From: Raillietiella orientalis
Lineage: Eukaryota
Reading direction: 5' to 3'
Assembly (NCBI GenBank): GCA_036172245.1
Contig: JAYWIR010000008.1
Span: 4,340,001 to 4,404,000 of the forward strand
DNA: 64,000 nucleotides
A program made the translations under genes and the position numbers. Below, in pieces: positions 10,230-39,900 of this stretch. The notes beneath the pieces were generated by a model. That model was not told the origin of the DNA and did not search any database. It saw only the letters and a program-made list of their open reading frames with translations. How positions within the stretch are numbered: the stretch's first letter is position 1; the number at the start of each line of letters is the position of its first letter.

Positions 10230-12830
10230 CATGGCATAGTTTGCAGGGAAGCATTGTGTTCTATATCAAGATTTCATGGTTACAGCACTCTTAAAGAGAA
10301 AACTTAAAGGAGTATTTATACCCAGATTTGCTATTGCAGGTTGCATTCTATTAGCAGACTCTCTGCCAATTTGAAATTCTTACCTTATCATGAATATACG
10401 AGTTGGTTACATTTGAGGTCTGCTTAGTAGATGTGAGTACACTTGTGGGTTGTCGATCAATTCCTTGATCCTGCCATCAGAGTTGCACTTTTTTGGTATA
10501 TGCATTGCAATCAGCTTCCAGGTATGAAGAAACAGATAGTTATTTCCTTAATGTAATGATACATTATTCCTTCAAGATGAAATTGAAGAACTGACAACTG
10601 AATGTTGAACTATGGTTGTGCATACCACTGTTTATGGTATATAACCCTCGAACTCAATAACTTTCTTATTAAAATTATGACTAAAGAGTGTTTCTTTTTC
10701 AAGCAAAGCGTGATTTCTCCTATCTCCGATCTTTCTTCAGTATTCAGCATTGGCATTTGTTTGCTTTATGCAAGCTATGACAACTACATCCATTTTTAGG
10801 GATCACATAATGATTGATTAATTGAACAACAACTTCGAACATACAATTACAAGAACAAGATATTATCAAAAGCTTCTCAAATAGTGACTGTCGTTCTTTT
10901 TTTACTCCTACGTCAAATAAAATGAGTCTGGTCCTTCGTGTCTTGCATTCAAATCATCTTTTTAATCTTCATTATTATGATGCTTCTCAAACCTTTAACA
11001 TTCAAGTAATAAATGGCAAGGTGTTGAAGTATGCCACACTTCCTCATATATTAATTGATTTGATTCGTATTCCAAAATCTGAGCTTCTCATTCCCATGCA
11101 GTTCTCTTGGACAGATATAGACTTTCTGATTTTCGACTTCAAACTAGCTGTCATCTAGCATGTACCCCCTTTTCCTTCTCACATTCATTATACGTATCTA
11201 TTAGTAACTAATCCTATTAGTTTTAGGATGAAAATGTAAGTTAATTACAGTACCAGCTTTATTGTTACTCAAAAGCATCAAGTGATGATTGTAGTTATTT
11301 TCAAACGGATCTTATTTCTCATGTCCACATTATTTTCCCAGAAATGTTAATCAATCTAGATATTCCTAGTTTCTAGGATCCGTTCACATATTAGATCATA
11401 CTGATCCCGCTCATATAACATGCTAAAATAGGCCATAAAATATTTCTTTTCCAGTAGCTTATGAATAATTGACGCTTTTTTCAATCGCGTTATTGGCCAC
11501 CCTACTGTACTATACTCCTCCCCAGTGCCTCCATTCGCCCCTTATCTACTAATTATCTTCATCGGCGTAGCCGCTTCTCTCCCCCGCGTGTCGCCAAACT
11601 CATCACTTTTTCCGTAGAAACCTATTTAATCATCATTCCCTCTATCTTAATTGCCATCCAATAGTTAAAGAAGGGACTGCTACATATTTCTGGCAGAGTG
11701 TGTCTCTCTGTCCCATCACTAACCTACTTCCTATAATTGTTAAAAGTGTGAAAATTATGGGCGAACAAAATATTCCAATCTCACCCTAAGATCACCATCC
11801 AGTTCTTTCCTTCCCCCCATTATTAAGCGCCCCAGCATTGTAATTAGAAATTACCGCTCACATTATACCCACCAACCCCACACTTTAAATCCCTTCTCAT
11901 GCTATATGCCGTGTATGTTCCAGCATTATGTTAATCCTTACAGAAACCTCCTAAAAAGGGAAATCCCACCAACCTCACAGGACGCAGGCAGCAAAAATCT
12001 CAAAACCACTTTCAAGTCCGCTCCCCCACGTCCCACAAATCCTGCCTTCCTTCGTTTCTACGAATCACAGGTGTCCGTATGAGCACCGCTTTGATGAAAA
12101 ATGTTAAATGCATCCGTACAAGTAGATTGTACCTCGAGACTCAGCCGTCAGCTTCGAAGAGCCCACTCAGGATGTCTTTTGTTTTTTCCTGGAGACTTCA
12201 TTATGCTCCCACTTACCTCCAAGCAACCGAAGAGGTGTATAGCTCGTCTTCTGTCCTACCTGATGGCGCTCAGTATTGTTCTCCGGGGTGCTGTCTCCAA
12301 TGTCTCAGTTCTGAATCCACGCTGCGGACTGCAAAGTAGGAAAGGAACAGATCATCCCAGATGTATCGCGGTAACTCTGCCCACCACATTGTGGTACTTA
12401 TTGCACAAACAGTGAACCTGCAAGCAGTTGGAACCACAGTGTTCGGGAGTGATCTTCCGCCAGGACCTCAAGATGACCTCCTGATGTTTTATCGTGGAGG
12501 AATCCTGGGTGGCTCCAGACTTCGTCACTGGACCGGGAACGTCGAAGATGGACTCTGCAAGGCATGCGGGGCTTTGGAAAAGCAGCTCCACGTCCTCACC
12601 TGCCCGACACCCCGGCAAGATTGGAGAGTGCTAAGGAAACGGTGATTCAAATGCAGTGGTCCACAGCAATGGAAATTCCAGCAGGGATGTTCGACGGGGA
12701 TGCCGATGTCCTGCGATACAATCACAACTGTTAGAATCGCAATCGCTCTCTTCATCACGGCAGCTCTGATCAGAAGAGCGAAGATGAGGAACACGAGGAC
12801 CACGGTCCTCGCCATCACACATTTTGCAAA
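10230..12830 (+). mobile_element. Degenerate LINE ORF2 fossil (endonuclease - RT - C-terminal zinc knuckle); possibly two abutting elements
   Basis: VLYQDF...AGCILL...YLIMNIRVG...EYTC (APE-type GDFN / G..LL / L.ILNGR / FT); INGKVLKYATLPHILIDL...IPMQFSW; IGVAASLPRVSPNSSLF; GLLHISGRVCL...KLWANK (YADD region); HFKSLL; and GLCKACGALEKQLHVLTCPTPRQDW (CCHC, ORF 12361-12645). Confidence 0.6.
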
Positions 12831-12958
12831 GGAGTAATGAAGCGTGGAATTGGGATCAGGAAAAACATCTGAGGTAGGATACCCGCTACATCTTGGGAAA
12901 GATTGCGGATGCGATCCCAGCGGGTGCACCGACCCCGTCAGTCCTCAGTAATCCCATA

Positions 12959-13210
12959 TTAGGAAGTAGCTCGAGGAAGACATATGCCTGAGGGTATCGT
13001 AGTTAAATTGTAAAAATATGTCGTTTTAAAATAAATTCTCCCCACCGCTTGTTGGACCTGGAGAAAATTGTGGTACTCATCGCCAGCAGTGCTCTGTTCT
13101 GCACAGTTCATTCGTTTGTAGTCCTTCCAGGAGCTTTGCTGTTGGGATCTTCCCACTTCAATACTAACCTTCGTGATTCTTAGCGCTGCTGCGACTCCAA
13201 AATATCCCAC
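12959..13210 (-). mobile_element. 3' remnant of a LINE ORF2 (C-terminal zinc-knuckle region)
   Basis: ALRITKVSIEVGR...KRMNCAEQSTAGDEYHNFL resembles the R...H.L.IE.GR...R.C..C...GDE.HFL..C motif at LINE ORF2 C-termini. Confidence 0.45.
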
Positions 13211-14216
13211 TTGAGGGTACGTTCATCCACATGCACGTAATCCCGGAACTTTCTCACCATCCGAAAATCCCATCTCCAATATGATTACTAAGCCGAATTA
13301 ATTCTCTCTCTACAGTCGGAATCATGATTCACTTAACGAAAGAAAGGAAGAAAAAAAAAAATACACAATACGAGAACGATTCCCAACCTATCTCATCCAC
13401 AAAGCTAACATGCACTCGAAATTACCAGCACATTCAGTAAAACAAAATGAACTCTAATATCCAGCAAAATTCACAGGTTGACAGTAATTATTACCATTAC
13501 TCCGACCAGCCAGCACAATTAACTTAACCCCTTCCCATCCTGGCAAATACCATTAAAACGAAAATCTGGGCCTCCTCCTCTCTGATCCAATAAAAGAAAG
13601 CTCCCTCCAGCTCTTCCAATCACCGTTCTCTTCACTTTCACCAATATCCTTGACAAATAACCCTTTATTAATACAAAACCTTGAAACCTCAAAGAAACCA
13701 CAATCGTTATCCTTCTGATAAGCATCCGTAATGAACGTAATTAAGGTATTTAGAATATCAGCGCACCTCTTCAAAGGTCGATTTTCAGCCTACTTTGCAA
13801 CTCATAATGGTTTCATCTCTTCTCTTCTGCTCTTATTTAAGTTGTGTAATTACAAACCCTCTTTGCTCCTATTTCCTTCTCCAGAGTCACCCGTACCAGC
13901 TCTCCTGTTCCCATCCGCTGGTCAATCTCAGCCATGCTCCATCTCAGGCACCTCGAGGAAATCCTCGCCGCAGCCGTGCACAGAAGCTGCCCAATCATTC
14001 GCAGCCTCCCGGGTCAGTCGTGGTTCTTCTCCGCCCGTTTCACTTCTTTCGCCTTCAGTGCCATTCCCTCCTATGGAACCCCCCACATCCGCAAAAATCC
14101 CGCGGAGCAGAATTTCTCACATCGCACTGCATGCCATCATCATCCTGCGCGCATCGATTCAGCCCAAATCATTACTCTGATCCTTTCGGCAATGGCGAAT
14201 TTCGCCGAACAATCGC

Positions 14217-15724
14217 TCATGGCTGCTCATGGCTCATGCTTTCGGTGAATTCTCGTTTGCGGGATCTGAGCTCCCTGGTAGGAATTCTTCTGAACGCATT
14301 TGGGCATAGGAAATGCATGCAGCGAGCCACCCAACTCGTGACAGGACCTCCATTCAATACATCGTACATACCGAAGAAGCCTTGGTGTACACACACACGA
14401 GTGTCTCGTGCCGTGATGCGAAATGTGGGGCAGCGTCTCGTCTCATGCTCTGCACCGTCCGTCTCGTTTACCGGCTGCGTACTTGGGGAGCAGGTCAGTG
14501 GATGAAGCAGTAGTCGGCAAACGACAGATTGCCCCCCGTGGTCAGCAATTTCAAGCAAAAATCCAATTTGAAAGTGTCCGCTATGTTTCGCTAGGTCATC
14601 GGACCAAGTCATCTTTTTGATCTTTCTCCACACAGGAAGATTCATTAGCAGCGCTGCTCGGTAGACGTAAGCATGTCCGAGTTCTGGTACATGCACAGCC
14701 CAAGCGTGCACACATACGTGCGTGTACATGGTTTCTCTGGTTTCCAGATTTGTTGACTGATGTACTTCCAATCCCCTTTAGGGAATGCCACGAGCCTCTG
14801 GAAGCAAGGTGGGCTAGGGAAAAAAGCCTTCAAAGGATGATTCTTTTGCCAAACAAGAAGTTGCGACTGCAAGAAACTACTCCGCTTTGGCAGCGACTTG
14901 TTCTCTTGTAGGCTTGGAGCGGAAGGCTTATAATTTCATCTCCAAACCGTTTTCTTAAACACTTGTGGATTTATACAGGCTGCAAGCTCGGGATTTCATC
15001 CTTATTCATTTGGAATTTTGCTGGTCCTCCGAAAGACTTGACCGAATAATGCTGTCTAGAGTACTTTGGACTTGTTTGGAGAGCCCTGCGATGGCAAAGA
15101 TCTTCAAAGTGATCAAGATTTCCCCTTGAATCTGTTTTGGAATGATGACCAAGCCATCGGTGTTTGCCAATACGGAGTCTCCATCGGATGAGACTGTCAA
15201 GGGAACATTCTCATTTCAATCTTCCGGGTAGCTTGCTAGGACAGAGGTAGCAGGGTCCCGTTCCGATTATCGCCCCCAAGTTCTCACCTACCACCATTAC
15301 CTTCATGATCTTTCGGGGTCTCGCACCTAAGGCATTCGCAAGATCAAGAATGCCGATGCACAGATCTTTTGCACAGTGGCTGGTGTCCTCCAACCGCCTT
15401 CGCAGGACCGAATTAGCTCCGCAGCTCCGTCGGAACGAGGAAATCCTTTCTACTGGAAACGTTGTCGGTTCCATCATCAAGAGCCCGTTGTCCCATTCGC
15501 TTGCGAGACACTTTTGGCACGTGAACGATGCACGTCCAGCTGGTATTATTTTTTTCCAACTCAGGATTGGGCTTCGGAACTTTCAATACCGTTTCAAATG
15601 CTTCGGTAGTTTCAAAGCAAAGATTGAAGATTGCTATCAAAAAGAAGTGATCCACCACCCTCGCGTCCAGCAGAGATGATTCCGTCTTTTCCTGTTCAGG
15701 TTCCCTCCACGGAAAAATCCCCAA
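14217..15724 (-). mobile_element. Degenerate R2/NeSL-group non-LTR retrotransposon RT fossil
   Basis: LIAIFNLCF...TVLKVPKP...TSWTCI; SRKDFL; SCGANSVLRRRLEDTSHCAKDLCIGILDLANALGARP (cf. GC.EH..L...DAR...KDL....LDLANAFGSVP); SVLANTDGLVII (LAYADDLV); IAGLS; YRAALLMNLPV followed by CR...H...CP (ORFs 15413-15724, 15211-15480, 15006-15200, 14217-14771). Confidence 0.65.
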
Positions 15725-16657
15725 GATCTATCCTTGACCTGTGCTCTCCTTCCATCGATCCTTCATGCATGGTACCATGTCAATGTCAATCAGGGGACGA
15801 GAGTCTCCAGCACCTTAGCAAAGTGCCCCACAATCTCCAGCAATGAGATCTTGGAGTGGTCGTGTTTTTCCGAGATGATTCTCATTGCTCTTCTTTTGTC
15901 TGTCCTGCATAACTCTTTTTAAATCTTTGGTTCCCATGTTATCACGACAGCTTGCTTAGGAGAAGAATCAATGCTCAAAATGGCTCTGAGGCGACAGTGT
16001 CGTACAGTGCAAAGAGCACAAGGATTCATTCAACACATTCACGGGGATTCCTAAGACTCCAAGAATCTTCCCAGTGATACCTGGGAAGATGAAGACCAGC
16101 ACTCCATCACGCATCTCGATAGAGCGAGCAATCGCTGCCACCGGACCGATCTTCCCCACGGCACGATTGCGGCCGCTCGCGTCCGACCGGTGGTGACGCG
16201 AACCGCCATCCAAAGGATCTCCCTTGGTTGGTGCGTGAGTGTCGAACCCCCCTTCTTTCTGTGAGGACCAGCCCGAAGCATCGTCACTCTCTTTCGCACT
16301 GTTTCAAGTGACCCCAGGTGAAAGGCGACAGCGCTAACACGCGGAGACTGCTTTACGTGCGTGGCCACCCTCTGCCCACCAGAACCTGAGAACGGATCGG
16401 AAATGAAAGAGCAGGGGAGTTTTCTCTCCCTCTTCAGAAGCACAGCCTGGAATTATGGAAGCAATGTAGGAAACGAAAAGGCTGGTGGCGGCCGGCGTCC
16501 TTTCCTTGTCAAGACTGGGCGTGACTGGCTTCCCCTGGCTGGCAGGCCTGCCTTTTGGAAAGTCGTGAACAGAGGGAAAAAACTAGAAAGAGTGGACCAA
16601 GGGCACCAGAAGGACTTGAAGTATGCGAGGGCTCCATCCCGTTCCTCCAAAAAAATA

Positions 16658-16663
16658 TTTATT
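16658..16663 (-). promoter_or_regulatory. Probable polyadenylation signal of the myosin gene
   Basis: TTTATT on + (AATAAA on -) about 120 nt downstream of the TGA at 16782-16784. Confidence 0.6.
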
Positions 16664-16781
16664 TTCAAAATAGTCCTCTTCTGTCATCATATAAAAATAA
16701 AACACGCTGCAAACTTAAACACCTGCAATCGGTAGAACGCGCGCACGCGCGTGAGAGTGCCACTCGGAAAGAACATGCTGG

Positions 16782-32670
<15,889 letters not shown>

Positions 32671-34708
32671 TTTGAAATATCTGAATATGTAAACCGAAAT
32701 TCAAACAGGGAGATTTGCTACAGCATATCTTGGGACGGCAACGATTAAAATCTCAATCTGATCACTGAATTAAAATCACGCTAATCGGCAACACACCGGC
32801 AACACTTAATGCTCTAGTTCCTTTGCCTTTACCACACCTATCTATACATAAATAGTGACTTCTGTGGGAATCACGTGACAGCCCACGGATGACGCAATCA
32901 CGAACGCTAGATTTTTTTTTTTTTTTTTGTTTCAAATTCAAAATTTTCCCTCTACTAGCTCGTTCCGGTATTTCAGATGGCATTGGACGTAGGGAATCAG
33001 CCCCACTGCTGGCTGGTTTCAGTGGAACTGTCTGTTGGTAATAATAGCAGCTTCATTACTACTTACTAGTGGCCAGTGTGTTCATCACCTCATTCGAAAA
33101 TATGCACTTGGAAAAAAAAGGAGGAAAAAAAAAAAAAAACATTCATCTCTGCACAGCCTTTTTTTTTTTTTTTGAAACGGAACTTGTGTGAAAACTGTTT
33201 ACAATGCAATCCAAGGGAAATGTGTACAGAGCTACGTATCCAGGGTCTTTGATTTATTTCCCGAATTGCATTCACCAGTGACTAGAGTGGGAGAAACCTC
33301 CCTGGTGTTCATCGTGCAAACACACAAGGAAGCATGCACGTTCCTCATTGTGCATGTACAATCTGTACGCTCCCGTACGAGTAGGTGTATGTGCACGTGC
33401 ACTGTCTGCGTTACGTGCATCGGATGGACGTGGCACACGTGCATATTTATATGCGCCATACACACAGCAACAGCACACTGGTATTTAATGAATTTACAGT
33501 GCTGAGGTCCTTCAGATCGGCTCATCCTGTGAAATGATTGCTAATTTCTGGAACGGACTGGCAACCCCCGCTCTTCCCCCCCCCCCTCCAAATGAGTCTT
33601 GGACCTGCCTAGGGGATCCGCACAATAGAAAATTCCTTCATCGAATTTTCTCTCCTCACGTACGAAAAGCCCTTACACTCTACTGAAGGGGGTACAGGAG
33701 AGTCGGATGCAAAGAAGAATTTTCAGGATGCTTTCCGGGAAAAGGAAGTACATCAGGAAGGGGCACAATTCTCCCTAAGATTTCCCTCCGAAGAGGTTCG
33801 GCATAGGAGCAGAGGCACAATTCCTACCTGCAGACAGAAGTACCAATATCATACAGCGTACGATATCAGTGTGTATATTTATAAGACATACCTAGTGTAC
33901 GATTTCGAAAAAGCTCTCGGAGTGTTTTTCTAGCGCATGCGCTGGGCAAACTTTCACCGATTCCTGTTGCAGTTTGAACCTTCTTTTGCTGACAGTCCTC
34001 AAGGTTTGTGGTTTCTCTCTTGGACACATCTGTTTCTGACTTTGGACTCGGCATGCAGTTTTCAATGGAAGTCATTTCCAGCAGCTAGACCTTGAAATCC
34101 TAAGTGCAAGGTGGATAAAGCAGTTGCAATTTTCCATGCTTTCGAATTGGGTGGTTCATTAAAAAGTGCTAATGAACCGAATTTCGTGTTCCAACTTTTG
34201 CTTGTAGTCCAAATTCTCAGTTATTGGGACTCAGCCTGTCCTTTTTCTCACGAAGTTCGATATCTTCTGAAGGCACATCAACGAAGGCCTTTTTTTTTTT
34301 TCCTGAAAAAAGAAAAAAAAAAAAAAAAGAGTAAAATGAACTTCTAACACACGTGAACAGAGTAGAGAGGTTCCTCCGAGCGCAAGAGATGAAACTCGGA
34401 AGAGTAGACCGCTGTAGGGCGAGGGGCGAAACAGTTTGAGAAAAATGAGAAGAAACGAACACTCTCCAAGAGCATTGCCCAACACAGATCGCAACCCGAC
34501 TGCAGGAGACGCTCGGTTCGCGTTTGGTATGGATCTGCAACTGCATCTGTAACCGAAGCATTTGCACCTTTCCATCAGTCTTTGCTCCAGTTTTTGAATT
34601 GTCACTTCGTGACTGTGCTCCTTCATATCCTCTGACTGCATATTTCAGCGTCCTGCATTCTGCATAAGTATGCTCGAACCTTTGAAGATCTTCGTGTATT
34701 AAAAAAAA

Positions 34709-34756
34709 ACACACACACACACACACAAAAAGATACATACATACACATACACACAC
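34709..34756. repeat. (CA)n / (CATA)n microsatellite
   Basis: acacacacacacacacacaaaaagatacatacatacacatacacacacc. Confidence 0.85.
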
Positions 34757-36229
34757 CGTGCACGTCTGCACCGGAAGCACACCTGCAGATTCAGCGAAAC
34801 GTGCATGCAGCACGTAGAATTTCGTGATGCTTTTCTCTTTATCTTTCTCGTCAGCTGTGAACAGCGTGAAAGTGGTTTCAAAAGGGGGGAAACGAGCCGT
34901 TCGAAGAAAAGGCTTGCCAGAAATCAAGAGACGACCTTGAGGACAGCAGCGATGGTGTGACGCTACGGGAGGAACGCACCGTGCAGCAGCATGCTCCGAA
35001 AAATCTTTCACTGGTTCCTCGAGATCATTTCCCAGCTTAATGCTTTGGGAGGCCCCCGAGAGCTCGGGTCTGCATCACGACGCGGCGCAGCTTCTAGTCC
35101 GCCGGCCTACTTCACAAACTAACAAAGGCTTGAAAACGGAGAGCTCCCGGAAAAGTTGTAGACCTCGGGCCTATTGACTGTAGACGCGGCGTCTGGACTG
35201 ATTCCCCCGCGCTCCGCCCTCCATTCGGAGCCGGCTTCGGAAAGTGAGCCAACAGGCGTCCAGGGCTCCTGCGAAGGCAGCAACCGAAATCCACCACTGG
35301 GGATCCACCACCTACGATCCTCTTGATCACCGCGAACGCTTGCGATCGCCCGATGCCCGTCTTTCTGTTTATTTTTGTTCTGTTGGTTTTTTTTTTTCCT
35401 TTTTTTCCGGTGAGAAGGTGGACTGCTTCAGCGGTCGATCCGTCGGCGAACCAGAGCATTACAAAGTCTCCGGATCCTCGAGTTCCATGCCCAGAGGGAT
35501 TCGTTTCCCCATTCTCCTTTATTCTCGCCCCGAGTACGTCAGAGTCTCGCACTTTAAGGGTTCGCAGGCAGGAAAACCTCCCTGTCTTTCCCGGAAACGC
35601 TCCACAAGCGTCTCCATCTCCGCGTGGGGATAGATGGAACCTGTGCATCCCTCTCCTGAGCCGCCGGTTCGCCGTAGCGGGCGCTACCGGACGCCTCAGC
35701 CCTTCCAGAGTACGACGCACACCTCGTCAGCGCGCTCTCCCGTTCCGCTTCCGGGGGAACCATCACCTGACTAAGTAACCAGGAGCCTTTCCCTCTCCCC
35801 CTTCCAGTTCCTCGTGCTTTTCTTTCTTCTTCTGGATTTCCTCCCGCTCCTCTCCTTCCCGTTCCTTCCTCTCCCATCCACTACGGTCGAGGACTAGCAT
35901 TGCCACCAAGACGGCAGAGGACTGTATGCCCCCGTCCCCCTGACGAGCAAATCGTGGATTCCGGAGGATGATGTAGAAGCAGCGTGACGAGCCACAGGGA
36001 AAGAAGAGTGTGCGCTCATCTCCACTGAAGAACTTCCGGGACCGGGACATTTGAATGGGGGGAGGGGAAAGCCAAAGGCGACGGGAAGGCATGGGAAAGC
36101 AAGGCCGGGTACCGAGCCGAGATTGCTCCTCTGGAGTCTGGAAAATGTTCTGGACAGGAATGGAGGTGGCGGAGCCGCTGATCTGAGATCGAAGGCATCC
36201 TGCGGGAGGAGGAAGCTAGCTGAGCCGCA

Positions 36230-36740
36230 CCATCTAAGCGAGACTTTCCCGGATGGTCCTTCCTGGATGCGGCGTTTCCCTAAGATGGGCTCTGCGAGGC
36301 GAGGGCGCACGGGGGAAGTCACGGCATTTCCAGGAATGGCGCGCGCCGCTGCTGCTGCGTCTTGACAGCGAAAACGCGGTGGAGATCAGTGCCGGATCGG
36401 CTGCCAACCCGATCAACGCTCCGCAGATGGAGGCGGATCCGGGAATGACTCCCTGCTATGGTGAGGCGGGACCTCGAGGTCAGCCACCTACAGAATCCCT
36501 GCTCTTCTTCGATCCGGATCCATGCAACATCTCAATTCTCTAGAATCCTTCCTGACTATTCGACGGGTCTGGGAAGCAGGAAGCTCCATCAAGGGAGGAT
36601 GCCTGCGACAAGGCTCGCGTCCCTACCCCTCTTCCCTTCCCGTCCGTGAGGCGGCTGTGGCGAAGAAGAACCGTTATTGTGACCTTTGGTTTCTTCCTTT
36701 CCTCGTCGACGCCGAACCACCTCGAGGTCTCTAGCACCAC
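36230..36740 (+). mobile_element. Degenerate LINE RT fossil
   Basis: TFPDGP (APGPDG), RHFQEWRAPLLLRL...ANPIN (FP..WK.A...YRPIS), LLFFD, LESFLTIRRV...GCLRQGSRPYPS (SFL..R..V...G.PQGS.L.P), PFLVDA. Confidence 0.45.
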
Positions 36741-39129
36741 CGGGACGGAGGGAGTCGTGGTGCCAAAACTGAGAGATCCTGCTCGCCGCCATAGGTGGGG
36801 GAGGGCGGGGGAAGCGACGAACCCTCTTGCCGCTCCCTCCATCCGTGCGTTCAAAAGGCGGGATTTTCACGCGGCTGACCTTTCCCTCAGGGACGGGAGG
36901 CGGCGTGCGGACCGTTTCGGGACCTCTGCGTGGCGCTCCGCGGACGCGCTTGAGGGGTGCCGAATGGAGGGAGATGGACAGGTAAGAGTCTTCTCTAAGC
37001 GGGCTGGCGCCTAGGCCTCAAGGATTCCGAAGAAGGCGAGCGAACGAGCTTGGAGGCGAAAGAAGGAGAAAGGGGGAGGGGAGGGGAAGCCTCACTGGTG
37101 ATCATGCGGGATCGTCACCATCAGGGAAGGACGGGGTGAGGACTGAGGCGGGAGGCAGAGGGGCGGAACCGAATTCGAGCAGGGTAGCTGCTCGGATCGC
37201 AGCGGCGCGTGCACGCTGCAGTCGCCCGGCAGACGAGATGCGTGGAAACTCGAGGCTCATTGGAGATTTCTGGAAAGGGAAGGGTTCCAGAGTAGCTGGG
37301 GGTGAGGACAAGGGAGGATGGGAGACACCTTTGGTAGAGTCCTTGAGCGCGGTTACCCCTCCTTTTCGGTCTGGGGTCCGTCCAAGCCATCCCTGTTTAC
37401 CGAGGTCTTTTCTCCCGGATGCTAACTGAATCTCGGAGGCTCGGGGAGAGAGAACACCCCAGGGATGGAGCCGCCTGCTGTGAGGAGAGCAGCTGGGGAA
37501 AAAGGAGAGGGAGGAGACTATGTCCTCTCGTCTCGGGATGCACGTGGAGTGCTTTTGGGAGTACGCCAATGTGGGACTGGGAGGGTAGGAGCATGCGCAG
37601 GAGGGAGAGAAAGAATGGGAGAAGAATGGAAATGGGAAGGGAGGAGAAGAGGAAACGGTGGAGGAAGAGGTTCCGTCCTAATGGCTGCATCCCATCTTGG
37701 CAGGAAATCCTGGGACCTCGTCCAGCGGTCCGTGAGGCCGGTGCCTCCCGATGTGCGCCGGATTCTTCGCAGTCTTCTCTTTTCGGTTTTACAGGATGGG
37801 GAAGCAAGGAAGAGAGTCGGTAGGCTACTCGCCCTGCTGTACTCTGCTTCCCGGCCCAAGGGAGGCTGAAAGGAAGAGGAGGGTGGGCTGAGGATCGAGG
37901 AAGGACGAAGCGCATCCCTGCCAATCCCGGAAGTCGGAGAGAACCTCAGTCCCGGACCTATCTTGTCTTTCTTTCGGCGCACAACCCACACTCCCTTCCC
38001 ATTCATCCCTCCTTTTTCCTGAGCGTCTCTTCGTAGCAGCAGCTCAAAAGCACCCGGAACCGAGAGGCTGGAGGCGGCCGAGCGCGATAGGAGGGAATCA
38101 GGGGACACCGGCACCGCGAGGAGGGAAGCGGGGGGTAGCCTCGCGCCGGGTCCGGAGTACACGCCCCAGCCAGAAATTGGAGCTCTAAAGGACCTCGCTC
38201 TCTCGCCGCGGCTCCGTTCCCAGCGCTGAGTCAGGAACACGCGCCTGTGCGGAGCGAAGGCTCGTCGGATCCATCGGCCATTCTCTTTTCCTCCTCCTCC
38301 CTCAGCCAGAGTGCTGACCGCAGCATGGGAGGGGCTTCACCCGTGGTTCCTCCTAGCGGCACCGTCAGGGACGAATGCCTGCGACTCCCCCTGCCTTCGT
38401 TTCCTCCTGCCTCCTGTCCCTCCTGCTGCGCATTCCGTCTGGATCCCAGGAATGTCTGACTCTCTCCCTTGCACTCCAGAAGCAGCCACCGCGCTCCTTG
38501 TCGCCACAGAGCCACCACTGAGGGCTCCTTTCTTCCTCCATGCAGCAGCGGAGTCCCTCGCTCGTTCTGACCCTCATTCCCCCTTGGTTTCCTGCACCCC
38601 TGGCTTCTCTGGGATAGCGCCACCGCCGAAGCACCCACGGGATCCGCCTCTTGGAGGCGAGAAAACGCCCGCTGGCCGGAGAAGGAAGTCCAGGAGGAGG
38701 GAGTCTGACGTGGGAGCGGGCTTGCGAAACCCCGCGGGAAGGTGCAAGGAGAGGAGGCGCTGGCTTGGCGGGATGTTGGCAGTGTTGGAAGAGCCGGCGA
38801 GGCGACGAAAGGGGGCGGGGAAGAGGGGGGGGGGGAGAAACGCGCCGAGAAATCTTCGTAGGTCGGAGAAGCAGCCGGGTGAAGGGAATCTCAACAGAAC
38901 CTTGAAGGGACAAGTCAGAAGAATGAGGGGGAGGAACAGGAGGGGGAGAAAGGAGCGGCAAAGCGCGGCCCCAGGAGAGGCCTTTTCTTCAGCAGATCGC
39001 GAAGGAATCCGCAGTAGAAGTCCGGACCATGGGCGAGCGCACCATTGCCTTGCATCTCCGAAGAAACACGAGAGCTCCATCCTCCTCGAGGCGCGGTAGC
39101 ACGCCGTCGCCACGTCCACCGAGAGGCAC

Positions 39130-39900
39130 CTCCCTCCTCCCAGTGAGCGTGATGAAAGAGATCCCAGAAGAAAGCTTCTGCATCTGCTCGTTGAGGAAGG
39201 GGGACGGGATGCGACAGCAGCCTGCCACGCTGACCTGGAGGGTCCGGACAGGGCGCGCCAAGGTCTTCCTTCCCCTCCCCGCCAAGCAGCTTCTCGAAGG
39301 TCCTGCCGCGATCCCTTGAACCGTCACACTGACAGGGACGTCCCTTCCCAACGGAAGGAGCGGATCGTTTCGGGATCTCCGCGTGGCGCTCTGCGAACTG
39401 CGGGAGCCGCCGATCGTCCTTCCGAGGAGCCCGGAAAACCGAGACGGCCCGGGAAAAAGAGGTTCCAGGCGGCGGCTCCTCGTCCTTCCCCTCGTTCTAC
39501 CCTTCCCACCTTTCAGAAAGAGCCTGCATGGGGGTCACTATGCGTCACTCCCTGGAGCGGGTCTGGCCTTCCCCTCAAGGACGAGAGCGAGACGGCGGGA
39601 GGAGCATCGAGGGCTTCGCGCGATGGCGCGGCGTGGTAGGAGAGCTTTCCAGGGACACCTCCCGGAGGTGCTGCGGGGATGCGAATGGGAGTCGAGGAGA
39701 GGCCGGAGGGCGGAAAGCAGGGCTCTGCCTCCCAGAGCGTGACCATCACCCGAGGCGGCTGCCTTCCCGCCCATTCGACCCGCCACCTCCGCTGACCGGT
39801 TGATCTGCGTGCTCCTCCGCGGCGGGGCGAGCGACATCGAGGGCTCCGATGCCAAGCAGCACGCCCCGAGGGAGACTGCGCGTGCGACTCCGACAGGAAG
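39130..39900 (+). mobile_element. Degenerate LINE RT fossil
   Basis: KEIPEESFCICSLRKGDG...TWRVRTGRAKVFLPLPAKQL (IP..W...I..L.K.GD...WRPI.....KIF..ILANRL), TFQKEPAW...SGLP, GGRKAGLCLP. Confidence 0.45.

Noticed and set aside
33330..33480. Alternating purine-pyrimidine tract upstream of the myosin ATG as a Z-DNA regulatory element
   Set aside because: Similar decayed (RY)n tracts occur at about 6.4, 14.7 and 34.7 kb; nothing indicates function.
36369..36981. Series of splice-like signals suggesting a + strand gene
   Set aside because: I could not establish a consistent multi-exon frame, and the same sequence carries ordered RT motifs; not fully excluded.
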